Source of the DNA: Chitinophaga pinensis
Lineage (GTDB): Bacteria > Bacteroidota > Bacteroidia > UKL13-3
Reading direction: 5' to 3'
Assembly: GCA_945860865.1 (NCBI GenBank)
Contig: CAMARW010000005.1
Coordinates: forward strand, 4,364-68,363
DNA length: 64,000 bases
This document shows, piece by piece, positions 1 to 10,133 of this stretch. A model generated the notes under the pieces. It was not told the DNA's origin. It searched no databases and worked only from the letters and a program-made list of their open reading frames with translations. The first letter of the stretch is position 1; every line of letters starts with the position of its first letter. Position numbers and translations under genes: made by a program.

Positions 1-494
1 ATTTGAGCGCCATTATTGCCAAATCCTCCGCCTATAAAAAATTGATTTATCCATTTTCTCTCACTTATATTAATACTTCTAATATATTCATAGTTTATTG
101 GCTGCCATTCTGCGTGGGCAATAAACTTTGATAATATTTCTTGCTGCGCAAAGATTAATGGGCCGTAGGTGTTGGTGTTTATTTTTAAGTTTGGGGTCAG
201 GTTTCTACTCTGGTAAATATAAATAAATCCTGTTCCTAAAATGGTATGTGGAAATACCCTATAACCCACCATAGGCTGAGCCAATACAAAAGTGCCAAAG
301 CTGCTTAAAGACAAGCCTACATTGCCACCATAAACCATTTTGTCTATATCAAAACCACTCGATTTACGCTCATAAGCTTTTAATTGTTCCTGCTTTTGTG
401 CTTCTTCTTCATCTAGCTGTTGTATTTTTCTCTGAGACCAAACGGGACTGCTTACAAAACATAGAGTGATTAATATAATGGATACTTTTTTCAT
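1..494 (-). CDS. Partial secreted protein, probable outer-membrane beta-barrel (3' end runs off window)
   Basis: Not in ORF track. Read manually from ATG at 494: MKKVSIILITLCFVSSPVWSQ signal peptide, then ...MVYGGNVGLSLS...QPMVGYRV...LGTGFIYIYQ amphipathic strands; frame open to window edge. Confidence 0.7.
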   Translation of the reverse strand, partial: MKKVSIILITLCFVSSPVWSQRKIQQLDEEEAQKQEQLKAYERKSSGFDIDKMVYGGNVGLSLSSFGTFVLAQPMVGYRVFPHTILGTGFIYIYQSRNLTPNLKINTNTYGPLIFAQQEILSKFIAHAEWQPINYEYIRSINISERKWINQFFIGGGFGNNGAQ

Positions 495-575
495 ATTGAG
501 CAAAAATAAAATAATTTAATGGATAAAATTAGCTAAAGGTTTTATTAATTCGCACTGCTTTTAACGCGCACAACT

Positions 576-1646
576 ATGACTAAAGTACACAATTTTTCGG
601 CTGGACCAGCAATTTTACCTCAATCTGCTATAGATGCTAGTATTGAGGCGCTTCAAAATTTCTCTGGAACCAATTTATCCTTATTAGAAGTTTCGCATCG
701 TAGCAAAGAATATGAGGCAGTTGTTGCAGAAGCGGTGCAATTAGTTAAAGATATTTTAAATCTAAGTTCAGAATATGAAGTAATCTTCTTGCAGGGTGGA
801 GCTAGCTTGCAGTTTGATATGATTCCAATGAACTTTTTAGGTTCAGGCCAAACAGCTGCTTATGTAAATACGGGTGTTTGGGCAAGCAGAGCTATAAAAG
901 AAGCTAAGATGTTTGGCAATGTAAATGTGCTGGCAAGCAGTGAGGATAAGAATTTTAATTATATCCCTAAAGATTATGCCATTCCTGCTGATGCGGCTTA
1001 TTACCATTGCACCAGTAATAATACCATTTATGGTACAGAAATGTTTGGGTTTCCTAACACGTCAGTTCCTATGATTTGTGATATGAGTTCAGATATTTTT
1101 AGTAGACCATTTGATGCTTCAAAGTTTGATATGATTTATGCTGGCGCACAGAAAAATATGGGTCCGGCTGGTACAACCTTGGTTATAATCAAAAAATCAT
1201 TGCTCGAAAAAGCCAATGAAAAAGTGCCCACTATGCTCAATTATAAAATACACATTGAAAATGGGAGCATGTATAACACGCCTAGTGTTTTTGCTATTTT
1301 TGTTTGTATGCACACCTTGCGTTGGATTAAATCTGTAGGTTTAGAAGCCATGGAAATTAGAAACAAAGAAAAGGCCGCCTTACTCTATGCAGAAATAGAC
1401 AGAAATACATTGTTTGTTGGCACAGTGGCATCGGAAGACAGAAGCAGAATGAACGTAAATTTTGTGCTTACAAATAAAGATTTAGAATCAGATTTCTTAA
1501 AGTTCTGCGAATCTCGCAACTTAAGCGGCCTAAAAGGACATCGCTCTGTGGGAGGTTTAAGAGCTTCTTTATACAATGCACTTCCGTTAGAAAGTGTGCA
1601 GGCCTTGGTAAGTGCCATGCAAGATTTTGAAAAAGCAAACGCCTAA
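576..1646 (+). CDS. serC: Phosphoserine aminotransferase
   Basis: HNFSAGPA N-terminus, [21 protein letters not shown]-lysine motif, [11 protein letters not shown]. Confidence 0.97.
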   Translation: MTKVHNFSAGPAILPQSAIDASIEALQNFSGTNLSLLEVSHRSKEYEAVVAEAVQLVKDILNLSSEYEVIFLQGGASLQFDMIPMNFLGSGQTAAYVNTGVWASRAIKEAKMFGNVNVLASSEDKNFNYIPKDYAIPADAAYYHCTSNNTIYGTEMFGFPNTSVPMICDMSSDIFSRPFDASKFDMIYAGAQKNMGPAGTTLVIIKKSLLEKANEKVPTMLNYKIHIENGSMYNTPSVFAIFVCMHTLRWIKSVGLEAMEIRNKEKAALLYAEIDRNTLFVGTVASEDRSRMNVNFVLTNKDLESDFLKFCESRNLSGLKGHRSVGGLRASLYNALPLESVQALVSAMQDFEKANA

Positions 1647-1661
1647 TTTTAATAACGAATA

Positions 1662-2627
1662 ATGATAAGAATTTTAGCAAACGATGGTATAGATGCCAGC
1701 GGAAAAACAATGCTTGAAGCAGCAGGTTTTGAAGTAGTAACCGAGAAAATTGCCCAAGAAAATTTAAGCACTGAACTTCAAAAATTTGATGCCATTCTGG
1801 TGCGCTCTGCTACCAAAGTGCGCAAAGATTTAATAGAAGCTTGTTCAAACTTAAAACTCATTGGTAGGGGTGGCGTTGGTATGGATAATATTGATGTAGA
1901 TTTTGCCAAACAAAAAGGTATTAAGGTTATTAATACACCTGCATCTTCTTCTATTAGTGTGGCAGAATTAGTTTTTGCTCACCTATTCTCGGGTATTCGC
2001 TTATTACAACATACCAACAGAATTATGCCAACTGAGGGCAATACGCGTTTTGCAGAACTGAAAAAAATTGCCTCAAACGGTATTGAATTGCAAGGAAAAA
2101 CCATGGGTATTTATGGCTTTGGTAGAATTGGGCAAGAGGTTGCTAAAATTGCAATCGGACTTGGTATGAAAGTTTTAGCATTTGACCCATATGTTGAAAC
2201 CTTAGATTTAGTATTAAATTTACCTATGCTGGGTGCAAATTCTAGGGTAAAAGTAACCATTCAAACAGTAAGCGAGCAGTCTGTAATTTCGCAGAGTGAT
2301 TTTATTACATTTCATATTCCTTTTAATGAGGGGGATAAAGCCCCAATTGATGCCGAAAAAATGGCCAAAATGAAAAGGGGTGTAGGTTTGGTAAATTGTT
2401 CTAGAGGTGGGGTTATAAGCGAGGCAGATTTGTTAGCAGCATTAGAAACAGGTCAGGTTGCTTTTGCTGGTTTAGATGTGTTCGAAAAAGAACCTCCAGT
2501 TAATATGGCTATCTTGGAGCATCCAAACGTTTCTTTAAGTCCCCATGTGGGCGGTAGCACCAAAGAAGCCCAAAACAGAATAAGCTTAGAACTGGCAGAT
2601 AAAGTAATTGAATTTTTTAGCAAATAA
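1662..2627 (+). CDS. serA: D-3-phosphoglycerate dehydrogenase (short form, no ACT domain)
   Basis: VRSATKV, GVGMDNID, GFGRIG NAD site, LDVFEKEP, SPHVGGST; adjacent to serC. Confidence 0.88.
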   Translation: MIRILANDGIDASGKTMLEAAGFEVVTEKIAQENLSTELQKFDAILVRSATKVRKDLIEACSNLKLIGRGGVGMDNIDVDFAKQKGIKVINTPASSSISVAELVFAHLFSGIRLLQHTNRIMPTEGNTRFAELKKIASNGIELQGKTMGIYGFGRIGQEVAKIAIGLGMKVLAFDPYVETLDLVLNLPMLGANSRVKVTIQTVSEQSVISQSDFITFHIPFNEGDKAPIDAEKMAKMKRGVGLVNCSRGGVISEADLLAALETGQVAFAGLDVFEKEPPVNMAILEHPNVSLSPHVGGSTKEAQNRISLELADKVIEFFSK

Positions 2628-2647
2628 TCTGGTTTGATCCCAATTAA

Positions 2648-3895
2648 ATGGCAAAAGTTAAACCCTTTGCGGCTTTACGACCAGCAAAAGATAAAGTAGG
2701 AGAAGTGAGTGCAACTCCTTTTGATGGGGCTTCTAAAGATCAAGCCCTAACAGAAATGATGCATAACCCCAATTCATATTTACACGTAGTAAAGCCTCAT
2801 TTACATTTTAAGGGTGAAAAGAAAAATCCAGCAAAACACTTTCCGCAAGGTTTAGCCTATTTGCAGAGGTTAAGGGACCAGGGTTTATTAATTAAAGATA
2901 ATAAACCTTGTTTTTATATTTATCGCATCATTAAAGGACACCAAGCTTATGCTGGCATAATTGCCTCGGCAAGTGTGGATGATTATAATAATAATGTAAT
3001 CCTAAAGCACGAAAATACGCTTACCGAAAAACAAAATGAAATTGCCGAGCATATTCAATTTTATAATAATCTTGGCAATCCTGTCTTACTCTCCTATCCC
3101 GATGATGAATCAATAGATTTACTCATTAATCAATACATTTTAAAACATGTGCCTGAGTATAATTTTATAAGTACAGATCAGGTAAAACACAATATGTGGG
3201 TGGTAACAGAAGAGAAAGATATTCAGTTATTAGAAACTCGTTTTGAAGCTATCCCAACCTTATACATTGCTGATGGTCACCACCGTTCTGCCGGTTCGGC
3301 AACTTTTTGTGATAGAAAGCGTGCAGAAAATCCAAACTTCACGGGAGAAGAAACCTTTAATTTCTTCCCGGTATGTTTAATCCCTTTTAGCAAACTAAGT
3401 ATATTTGAATACCATCGCTTGGTAAGAGATAAAGCGATTGTAAATAACCCAGATTTTTTAGAGGAGATTAAAAAGTACTTTATCAAAATTCCGAGCGGAC
3501 ATTTACCGGTTCAGCCCTTAAATAAAAAAGAATTTGGATTGTATTTTCAAGGCAAGGCTTTTTTATTGCAACTTAAACCAGAGTGGGAGGCAACTTTACA
3601 AGGAACCCTAGCGCACTTAGATGTGAGCATTGTAGAAGAATTTATCTTAAAAAGAATATTCAATATTACAGATAGCAAAACAGATGCGCGTTTAAGTTTT
3701 ATGGATGGCGGCAGAGGCATTGGCCATTTGCAAGAAGCAGTAGATAAAGGCGATTATGATTTGGCTATTTCTTTATACCCAACCAGTATGGAGGAGGTAA
3801 AAAGGGTAGCAGAAGAAAACTTAATTATGCCACCTAAATCTACTTGGATTGAACCAAAAATTCGTACGGGTTTAATTATTTTAGACCATGGATAA
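2648..3895 (+). CDS. DUF1015 family protein
   Basis: KPFAALRP start, KHENT, YIADGHHR, MPPKSTWIEPK; usual position after serC-serA. Confidence 0.9.
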   Translation: MAKVKPFAALRPAKDKVGEVSATPFDGASKDQALTEMMHNPNSYLHVVKPHLHFKGEKKNPAKHFPQGLAYLQRLRDQGLLIKDNKPCFYIYRIIKGHQAYAGIIASASVDDYNNNVILKHENTLTEKQNEIAEHIQFYNNLGNPVLLSYPDDESIDLLINQYILKHVPEYNFISTDQVKHNMWVVTEEKDIQLLETRFEAIPTLYIADGHHRSAGSATFCDRKRAENPNFTGEETFNFFPVCLIPFSKLSIFEYHRLVRDKAIVNNPDFLEEIKKYFIKIPSGHLPVQPLNKKEFGLYFQGKAFLLQLKPEWEATLQGTLAHLDVSIVEEFILKRIFNITDSKTDARLSFMDGGRGIGHLQEAVDKGDYDLAISLYPTSMEEVKRVAEENLIMPPKSTWIEPKIRTGLIILDHG

Positions 3896-4673
3896 TTTAA
3901 GCAGCAAAGAAGAAAAACTGCAAGCCTTTTCGCGTTTATTGGATATAATGGATGAGCTGCGCGAAAAATGTCCGTGGGATAAAAAGCAAACCTTAGAAAG
4001 TCTCAGGCATTTAACCATAGAAGAGACCTATGAATTGGCAGATGCCATTATTAAAAACGACCTCAAAGAGCTTGAAAAAGAATTAGGTGATGTGTTGTTG
4101 CACATCGTTTTTTATGCCAGAATAACCAGTGAAATGGGTTTGTATGATATTAGTCATGTGATACACACCTTGTGCGAAAAGTTGATAGTTAGACACCCGC
4201 ATATTTATGGCAATGTGCAGGCCGATACCGAAGAACAAGTAAAAGAAAATTGGGAGCAGATTAAACTTAAAGAAGGCAATAAATCTGTGTTAAGTGGCGT
4301 ATCCAAAGGTGCGCCTTCTTTGGTTAAAGCATTTCGCATTCAAGACAAGGCTGCACAAGTAGGTTTTGATTGGGAAACGGGCGAGCAAGTATGGGCCAAA
4401 GTGCACGAAGAGTTGCAGGAGTTTAAAGAAGAATTGGCTCAACCCAATAACAAAGAAAAAACTGAACAAGAATATGGCGATTTACTTTTTTCATTGGTAA
4501 ACTTGGGTAGAAAATCTGGTTTGAACCCAGACGATGCATTAGAATATACCAATCAAAAATTCATTAAACGATTCACCTTCATTGAAGAACGAGCCAAAAG
4601 CCTTGGCAAGAACCTTAAAGACATGAGCCTCGAAGAAATGGATGCCATTTGGAATGAGGCGAAAACAAAATAG
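3888..4673 (+). CDS. mazG: Nucleoside triphosphate pyrophosphohydrolase MazG
   Basis: CPWDKKQT, EETYEL, ELGDVLL, RHPHIYG, second EYGDLLF domain. Confidence 0.95.
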   Translation: MDNLSSKEEKLQAFSRLLDIMDELREKCPWDKKQTLESLRHLTIEETYELADAIIKNDLKELEKELGDVLLHIVFYARITSEMGLYDISHVIHTLCEKLIVRHPHIYGNVQADTEEQVKENWEQIKLKEGNKSVLSGVSKGAPSLVKAFRIQDKAAQVGFDWETGEQVWAKVHEELQEFKEELAQPNNKEKTEQEYGDLLFSLVNLGRKSGLNPDDALEYTNQKFIKRFTFIEERAKSLGKNLKDMSLEEMDAIWNEAKTK

Positions 4674-4718
4674 CTTTTTTTGCTAAATCTTAGATTAGTA
4701 AACAAACTTTTGCCTTTG

Positions 4719-4726
4719 TATATTTG
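4719..4726 (+). promoter_or_regulatory. Bacteroidota sigma70 -7 box (TATATTTG)
   Basis: Matches TAnnTTTG, 11 nt before thioredoxin ATG. Confidence 0.55.
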
Positions 4727-4737
4727 TTACCAAAATT

Positions 4738-5055
4738 ATGGTACACAAAATAACTGACGAGACATTTGCTGCTGAATTAGCAAGCCATGAAAATGTGGTA
4801 ATTAAATTTTATGCAGATTGGTGCGGTAGCTGCCGATTGTTTGCGCCCAAATTTACCCGTTTAAGTAAAGATGAGAACTTCGAAACTATTAGATTTTTAG
4901 AAGTAAATGCAGAGGAAAATCCTGAGATTAGAAAGGTAGCCAACGTTAATAACTTGCCCTATTTTGCTACTTTTAAAAACGGACAATTGGTTCAGGGCGA
5001 AACTACTTCTAAGGAAGAATTTTTAGTTAAAATGTTGGATCAGCTAAAAGCTTAA
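4738..5055 (+). CDS. Thioredoxin family protein
   Basis: FYADWCGSC active-site motif, thioredoxin size. Confidence 0.9.
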   Translation: MVHKITDETFAAELASHENVVIKFYADWCGSCRLFAPKFTRLSKDENFETIRFLEVNAEENPEIRKVANVNNLPYFATFKNGQLVQGETTSKEEFLVKMLDQLKA

Positions 5056-5059
5056 TTGC

Positions 5060-5302
5060 ATGAAATTACCCGTTATAAAAGCTTTGGCTGAAACCAAAAC
5101 ATTGGCAGAATTAAAAGCTGCTGAAGAATTATTGTGCAATGAAATGCCTTTACCTTTTGAGGTTGGGGGCGATGATGAAGGCGAGCAATTAACCCATATT
5201 TTGGGCGCAATAGATATTTTAGAGCGTGTGGAAAACGAGAAAATTGACCTTAAAACCGCTACCAGAGCCTTTTTTGAGCGCGTAAGAAACTCAATTTCAT
5301 AG
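5060..5302 (+). CDS. Conserved small Bacteroidota protein (DUF6952-like)
   Basis: MKLPVIK...GDDEGEQLTH...RVRNSIS; follows thioredoxin. Confidence 0.7.
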   Translation: MKLPVIKALAETKTLAELKAAEELLCNEMPLPFEVGGDDEGEQLTHILGAIDILERVENEKIDLKTATRAFFERVRNSIS

Positions 5303-5370
5303 GTTTATAAATGTTGAAAGATTTTACACTATTTTATTGTTAAAAAAAGCACTTAATAGGGCTAAAAATC

Positions 5371-5378
5371 TATTTTTG
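5371..5378 (+). promoter_or_regulatory. -7 promoter box of nuo operon (TATTTTTG)
   Basis: TAnnTTTG followed by CG, 25 nt before nuoA. Confidence 0.55.
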
Positions 5379-5403
5379 CGAGGTTATCTAAAATAATTTT
5401 TTT

Positions 5404-5766
5404 ATGTCAACGTCAGTAGATTATTTCGCCATATTCATGCAATTTTTAGTTGCAGTAGGCTTTGTAGTTGTTTCTATGGTGGTTTCGCATTGGGCTGGTC
5501 CCAAACGTAAAACCACTGATAAATTAGAAAATTTTGAGTGTGGTATAGATGCTGTGGGCAATGCCCGTATGCCATTTTCTATTCGCTACTTTATGACAGC
5601 CATTTTGTTTGTAATGTTTGATGTGGAGGTTGTTTTTATGTACCCTTGGGCAGTTAATTTCCGTCAGTTGGGTATGTTGGGCATGGTAGAAATGTTGTTA
5701 TTTGCTGGTTTATTGTTGTTAGGTTATGTTTACATCCTTAAAAAGGGTGCATTAAAATGGGAGTAA
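5404..5766 (+). CDS. nuoA: NADH-quinone oxidoreductase subunit A
   Basis: FECG, LFVMFDVE, KKGALKWE. Confidence 0.96.
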   Translation: MSTSVDYFAIFMQFLVAVGFVVVSMVVSHWAGPKRKTTDKLENFECGIDAVGNARMPFSIRYFMTAILFVMFDVEVVFMYPWAVNFRQLGMLGMVEMLLFAGLLLLGYVYILKKGALKWE

Positions 5767-5791
5767 TATCCTTTAATAATATATTTTAAAT

Positions 5792-6334
5792 ATGTCGAAT
5801 ATTCAAATAACAGAAGCCCCTCCGGGCTTAGAAGGCCAAGGTTTCTTTGCAACAAGTTTAGATAAAGCCGTTGGTTTGGCTAGAGCCAATTCTATCTGGC
5901 CTTTGCCATTTGCCACCTCTTGCTGTGGTATTGAATTTATGGCAACCATGGCGTCCAATTACGATTTGGCCAGATTTGGTTCAGAACGTATCTCTTTTTC
6001 GCCGCGCCAAGCAGATTTACTTATGGTTATGGGCACCATCTCCAAAAAAATGGGTCCGGTTTTGCGCCAAGTATATTTACAAATGGCCGAACCTAGGTGG
6101 GTAATTGCCGTGGGCGCTTGTGCCTCTAGCGGGGGTATTTTTGATACTTACTCTGTTTTGCAAGGTGTAGATAAGGTTTTACCGGTAGATGTTTATGTGC
6201 CGGGCTGCCCGCCTCGCCCAGAGCAAATTATAGATGGCGTTATGAAGATTCAAGAATTGGTGAAGAATGAATCTTTAGACCGCAGAAATTCTCCAGAATA
6301 CAAAGCATTAATGGCCAGTTACGGAATACAATAA
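5792..6334 (+). CDS. nuoB: NADH-quinone oxidoreductase subunit B
   Basis: SCCGIE, SPRQAD, GACASSGG, VPGCPPRPE. Confidence 0.97.
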   Translation: MSNIQITEAPPGLEGQGFFATSLDKAVGLARANSIWPLPFATSCCGIEFMATMASNYDLARFGSERISFSPRQADLLMVMGTISKKMGPVLRQVYLQMAEPRWVIAVGACASSGGIFDTYSVLQGVDKVLPVDVYVPGCPPRPEQIIDGVMKIQELVKNESLDRRNSPEYKALMASYGIQ

Positions 6335-6840
6335 TGAGTGAATTAAATAATGCTTATTTGCTCAAAGAATTGCAAGAGCAATTTGCTGATGCTATACTTT
6401 CATCTGAAGAACCTTACGGTATGCTTACCATTGTGTTGCACAAAAACCAGATTCTATCTTGTGTGCAATATTTAAAGGATCACCCACAACTAAAAATGCA
6501 GTTCTTAACAGATTTGTGTGGCGTTCATTTTCCAGATCAAAAAGGAAGTGAATTATGTGTGGTTTATCATTTACATAGCTTTATCAACAATATTCGCCTG
6601 CGCATCAAATGTTTTATGTCGGCAGAAAACCCACAAATAGACAGCATAGAGTCTGTTTTTGGTGCGGCCAATTGGCAAGAACGCGAAACTTTTGATTTCT
6701 ATGGCATCGAATTTTTGGGTCACCCCAACCTTAAACGCATTCTAAACGTAGACGAAATGGACTATTTCCCAATGCGCAAGGAATACCCGCTAGAAGACCA
6801 AACAAGAACAGATAAAGACGATACTTATTTTGGAAGGTAA
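6334..6840 (+). CDS. nuoC: NADH-quinone oxidoreductase subunit C
   Basis: ANWQERETFDFYGIEFLGHPNLKRIL. Confidence 0.96.
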   Translation: MSELNNAYLLKELQEQFADAILSSEEPYGMLTIVLHKNQILSCVQYLKDHPQLKMQFLTDLCGVHFPDQKGSELCVVYHLHSFINNIRLRIKCFMSAENPQIDSIESVFGAANWQERETFDFYGIEFLGHPNLKRILNVDEMDYFPMRKEYPLEDQTRTDKDDTYFGR

Positions 6841-6844
6841 TTAC

Positions 6845-8041
6845 ATGGAAAATACTTTAGGAAATTACGACCATAAATCTGAATATACCACGTTAAATCT
6901 GGGGCCAACACACCCAGCAACACACGGTATTTTCCAGAATATTCTTACCATGGATGGTGAGATTATTGTAGATACAGAGCAAACTTGCGGATATATTCAT
7001 AGGGCATTTGAGAAAATTGCCGAACACCGTCCGTTTTACCAAGTTACACCGCTAACCGATAGGTTAAATTATTGTTCATCGCCCATTAATAATATGGGAT
7101 GGCACATGACGGTTGAGAAATTACTAGGTGTTGAAACGCCAAAGCGCGTAGATTACATGCGTGTAATTATTATGGAATTGGCCAGAATATCCGACCATTT
7201 AGTTTGTAATTCAGTAATTGGTGTGGATGTAGGTGCACTTACTGGCTTTACTTACGTGTTTCAATGGCGTGAGCATATATATGATATTTTTGAAGAAATA
7301 TGTGGTGCTAGATTAACCACTAATATCGGTAGAATTGGTGGTTTAGAACGCGATTTTTCTCCGGCTTGTATTCAAAAAATCAGGGCATTTATCAAAGATT
7401 TTCCAACAGCCTTGCGTGAGTTTACTAATTTGCTTGAACGCAACCGTATTTTCATGGATAGAACCATTGGTGCAGGACCTATAAACACAGAGCGTGCTTT
7501 GCATTATGGTTTTACTGGACCTAATTTACGTGCTACAGGTTTAGATTACGATGTGCGTGTAATGAATCCTTATAGCAGTTACCAAGATTTTGATTTTGTA
7601 ATTCCTGTGGGCATTAATGGCGATACCTACGACCGCTTTATGGTTCGTCAGCAAGAAATGTGGGAGAGTTTAAAAATTATATCTGCTGCATTAGAAAATT
7701 TACCTGAAGGAAAATTCTTTGCAGAGGTTCCTGAGTTTTACTTGCCTCCAAAACAAGAGGTTTATAACAATATGGAAGCTTTAATTTGGCATTTCAAAAT
7801 TGTTATGGGCGAAGCCGATGTGCCAGTAGGAGAGGTTTACCACGCGGTTGAAGGTGGCAATGGAGAATTGGGTTATTACCTAGTAAGTGATGGAGGAAGA
7901 GCAGCCTATCGTTTGCATTTCCGCCGACCATGTTTTATTTATTACCAAGGTTACCCAGAAATGATTAAGGGCTCCACTTTAAGTGATGCCATCGTAACCT
8001 TAAGTAGTTTAAACGTAATTGCTGGAGAATTGGATGCTTAA
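6845..8041 (+). CDS. nuoD: NADH-quinone oxidoreductase subunit D
   Basis: NLGPTHPATHG, GYIHRAFEK, DRLNY; ATG 6845 preferred to the track start. Confidence 0.96.
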   Translation: MENTLGNYDHKSEYTTLNLGPTHPATHGIFQNILTMDGEIIVDTEQTCGYIHRAFEKIAEHRPFYQVTPLTDRLNYCSSPINNMGWHMTVEKLLGVETPKRVDYMRVIIMELARISDHLVCNSVIGVDVGALTGFTYVFQWREHIYDIFEEICGARLTTNIGRIGGLERDFSPACIQKIRAFIKDFPTALREFTNLLERNRIFMDRTIGAGPINTERALHYGFTGPNLRATGLDYDVRVMNPYSSYQDFDFVIPVGINGDTYDRFMVRQQEMWESLKIISAALENLPEGKFFAEVPEFYLPPKQEVYNNMEALIWHFKIVMGEADVPVGEVYHAVEGGNGELGYYLVSDGGRAAYRLHFRRPCFIYYQGYPEMIKGSTLSDAIVTLSSLNVIAGELDA

Positions 8042-8043
8042 AA

Positions 8044-8109
8044 AGTCCATAGTCCATAGACCATAGTCCATAGCAAAAGCACTAACGACCAAAGACAAAA
8101 GACCAAACA
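8044..8109. repeat. Heptamer tandem repeat (AGTCCAT/AGACCAT x4) followed by a degenerate 7-nt periodic arm
   Basis: AGTCCAT AGTCCAT AGACCAT AGTCCAT at 8044-8071, then ACTAACG ACCAAAG ACAAAAG ACCAAAC; fills the nuoD-nuoE gap. Confidence 0.85.
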
Positions 8110-8646
8110 ATGAGTGATATAAAATTTAGTGATGAAACATTAGCGGTTGCCAATAAAATTATTGCCAGATATCCGGAGGGTAAGCAAAAGTCGGCATTGA
8201 TTCCTCTATTGCATTTGGCTCAGGCCGAATTTGACGGATGGTTAAGTCCGGCAGCAATGGATTATGTGGCTTCTTTGCTTAATATACAAAACATAGAAGC
8301 CTACGAAGTGGCCTCATTTTATTCGATGTTCAACTTGCAACCTGTTGGCAAATGTTTGATAGAAGTTTGCAGAACCAGCAGTTGTTGGTTGCGTGGTGCT
8401 AATGAGGTAATTCAACACTTAGAAAATAAATTGGGTATTAAAGAGGGTGAAACTTCTACAGATGGTATGTTTACCCTCAAGGCTGTAGAGTGTTTGGGTA
8501 GTTGTGGTACCGCTCCAATGATGATGATTGGCGCTCAGTTTCATGAAAATTTAACACATGAAAAGGTGGATGCTATCCTCGAAACTTGCAAACAAGAAGG
8601 CAAGCGCAAAACATATTTAGATAATGTAGTGGTTGATAAATATTAA
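8110..8646 (+). CDS. nuoE: NADH-quinone oxidoreductase subunit E
   Basis: EVASFYSMF, CRTSSC, ECLGSCGTAP 2Fe-2S ligands. Confidence 0.96.
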   Translation: MSDIKFSDETLAVANKIIARYPEGKQKSALIPLLHLAQAEFDGWLSPAAMDYVASLLNIQNIEAYEVASFYSMFNLQPVGKCLIEVCRTSSCWLRGANEVIQHLENKLGIKEGETSTDGMFTLKAVECLGSCGTAPMMMIGAQFHENLTHEKVDAILETCKQEGKRKTYLDNVVVDKY

Positions 8647-8650
8647 TAGA

Positions 8651-9973
8651 ATGGGCAAAAAAATATTATTAGCACACGATCATGTGCCTGGCATTCAAAC
8701 TTATGAAGTATACAGGAAACATGGTGGTTATAATTCGGTTGAAAAAGCCATCAAAACCATGTCGCCCGAAGCGGTGGTAGAAGAGGTTAAAAAATCTGGT
8801 CTTCGTGGCAGAGGTGGTGCGGGTTTCCCAACTGGTATGAAATGGAGCTTTTTAGCCAAGCCAGAGGGTGTGCCACGTTACATCGTTTGTAATGCAGATG
8901 AAAGCGAGCCGGGTACTTTTAAAGATAGATACCTCATGTCGCGTATACCCCATATTTTGGTTGAAGGTATGATTACTTCCAGCTTTGCGCTGGGTGTGAA
9001 TACATCTTATATATACATTCGTGGAGAGTATTTCTACATTGTAAACATCTTAGAAAAAGCCATCGAAGAAGCTTATGCCAATGGATGGTTAGGAAAAAAC
9101 ATATTAGGTTCTGGCTATAACTTAGATTTATTTGTGCATGTGGGTGCAGGTGCATACATCTGCGGAGAAGAAACAGCCTTGCTAGAGAGTTTGGAAGGAA
9201 AAAGGGGTAACCCAAGAATTAAGCCGCCTTTCCCGGCAATTGCTGGTTTATATGGTTGTCCAACCGTAGTAAACAACGTAGAAACTTTAGCCGCTGTGCC
9301 TTTTATTGTAAATGAAGGTGGCGATGAATATGCCAAAGTTGGTATTGGAAAATCTGCGGGAACCAAGCTTATTTCGGCATCAGGGCATATTAATAAACCG
9401 GGTGTATACGAGATTGAAATGGGAATTACGGTTGAAGATTTTATATACAGTGAGGAATATTGTGGAGGTATTTCTAATGGCAAAAAACTAAAAGCAGTTG
9501 TGGCTGGAGGTTCTTCGGTGCCTATTTTGCCTGCCGATAAAATATTGAATTTAGCCAACGGCGAAAAGCGTTTAATGTCTTACGAGAGTTTGGCAGATGG
9601 TGGCTTTGGTGGCGGAACCATGTTGGGTTCTGGCGGATTTATTGCGATGGATGAAGATACGAGCATCGTAGAAAACTTGTTTACTTTTGCGCGTTTTTAC
9701 CACCACGAGAGCTGCGGACAATGTTCGCCGTGCCGTGAGGGAACCGCATGGATGGAGAAGATTTTGCACAAAATGATTGATGGTCATGCCACACTTTCTG
9801 ATATAGATTTATTGTGGGAGATTCAGGCAAAAATTGAAGGCAATACGATTTGTCCGCTTGGAGATGCCGCAGCTTGGCCGGTGGCAAGTGCCATCCGTCA
9901 CTTTAGAAGCGAATTTGAGGAGTATGTTAAAAACCCTAAAGCAATCAACAAAGTAACGCGCATGGCTGTATAA
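8651..9973 (+). CDS. nuoF: NADH-quinone oxidoreductase subunit F
   Basis: GLRGRGGAGFPTG, NADESEPGTFKD, YICGEETAL, ESCGQCSPCREG; ATG 8651. Confidence 0.97.
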   Translation: MGKKILLAHDHVPGIQTYEVYRKHGGYNSVEKAIKTMSPEAVVEEVKKSGLRGRGGAGFPTGMKWSFLAKPEGVPRYIVCNADESEPGTFKDRYLMSRIPHILVEGMITSSFALGVNTSYIYIRGEYFYIVNILEKAIEEAYANGWLGKNILGSGYNLDLFVHVGAGAYICGEETALLESLEGKRGNPRIKPPFPAIAGLYGCPTVVNNVETLAAVPFIVNEGGDEYAKVGIGKSAGTKLISASGHINKPGVYEIEMGITVEDFIYSEEYCGGISNGKKLKAVVAGGSSVPILPADKILNLANGEKRLMSYESLADGGFGGGTMLGSGGFIAMDEDTSIVENLFTFARFYHHESCGQCSPCREGTAWMEKILHKMIDGHATLSDIDLLWEIQAKIEGNTICPLGDAAAWPVASAIRHFRSEFEEYVKNPKAINKVTRMAV

Positions 9974-10133
9974 AATATTGAAGAAACTAAGGAGATAGTC
10001 TATGCTGCTAAAAGTTTTGGCATATTCAGACAATTTAATTCTTGATATTGAAAGTGAAATAAAAAAATAAATGATAATTAAACATTCCTACTATCAATCT
10101 TGATTTTAGAGAGTGGATTAAATAAAATTGTAA

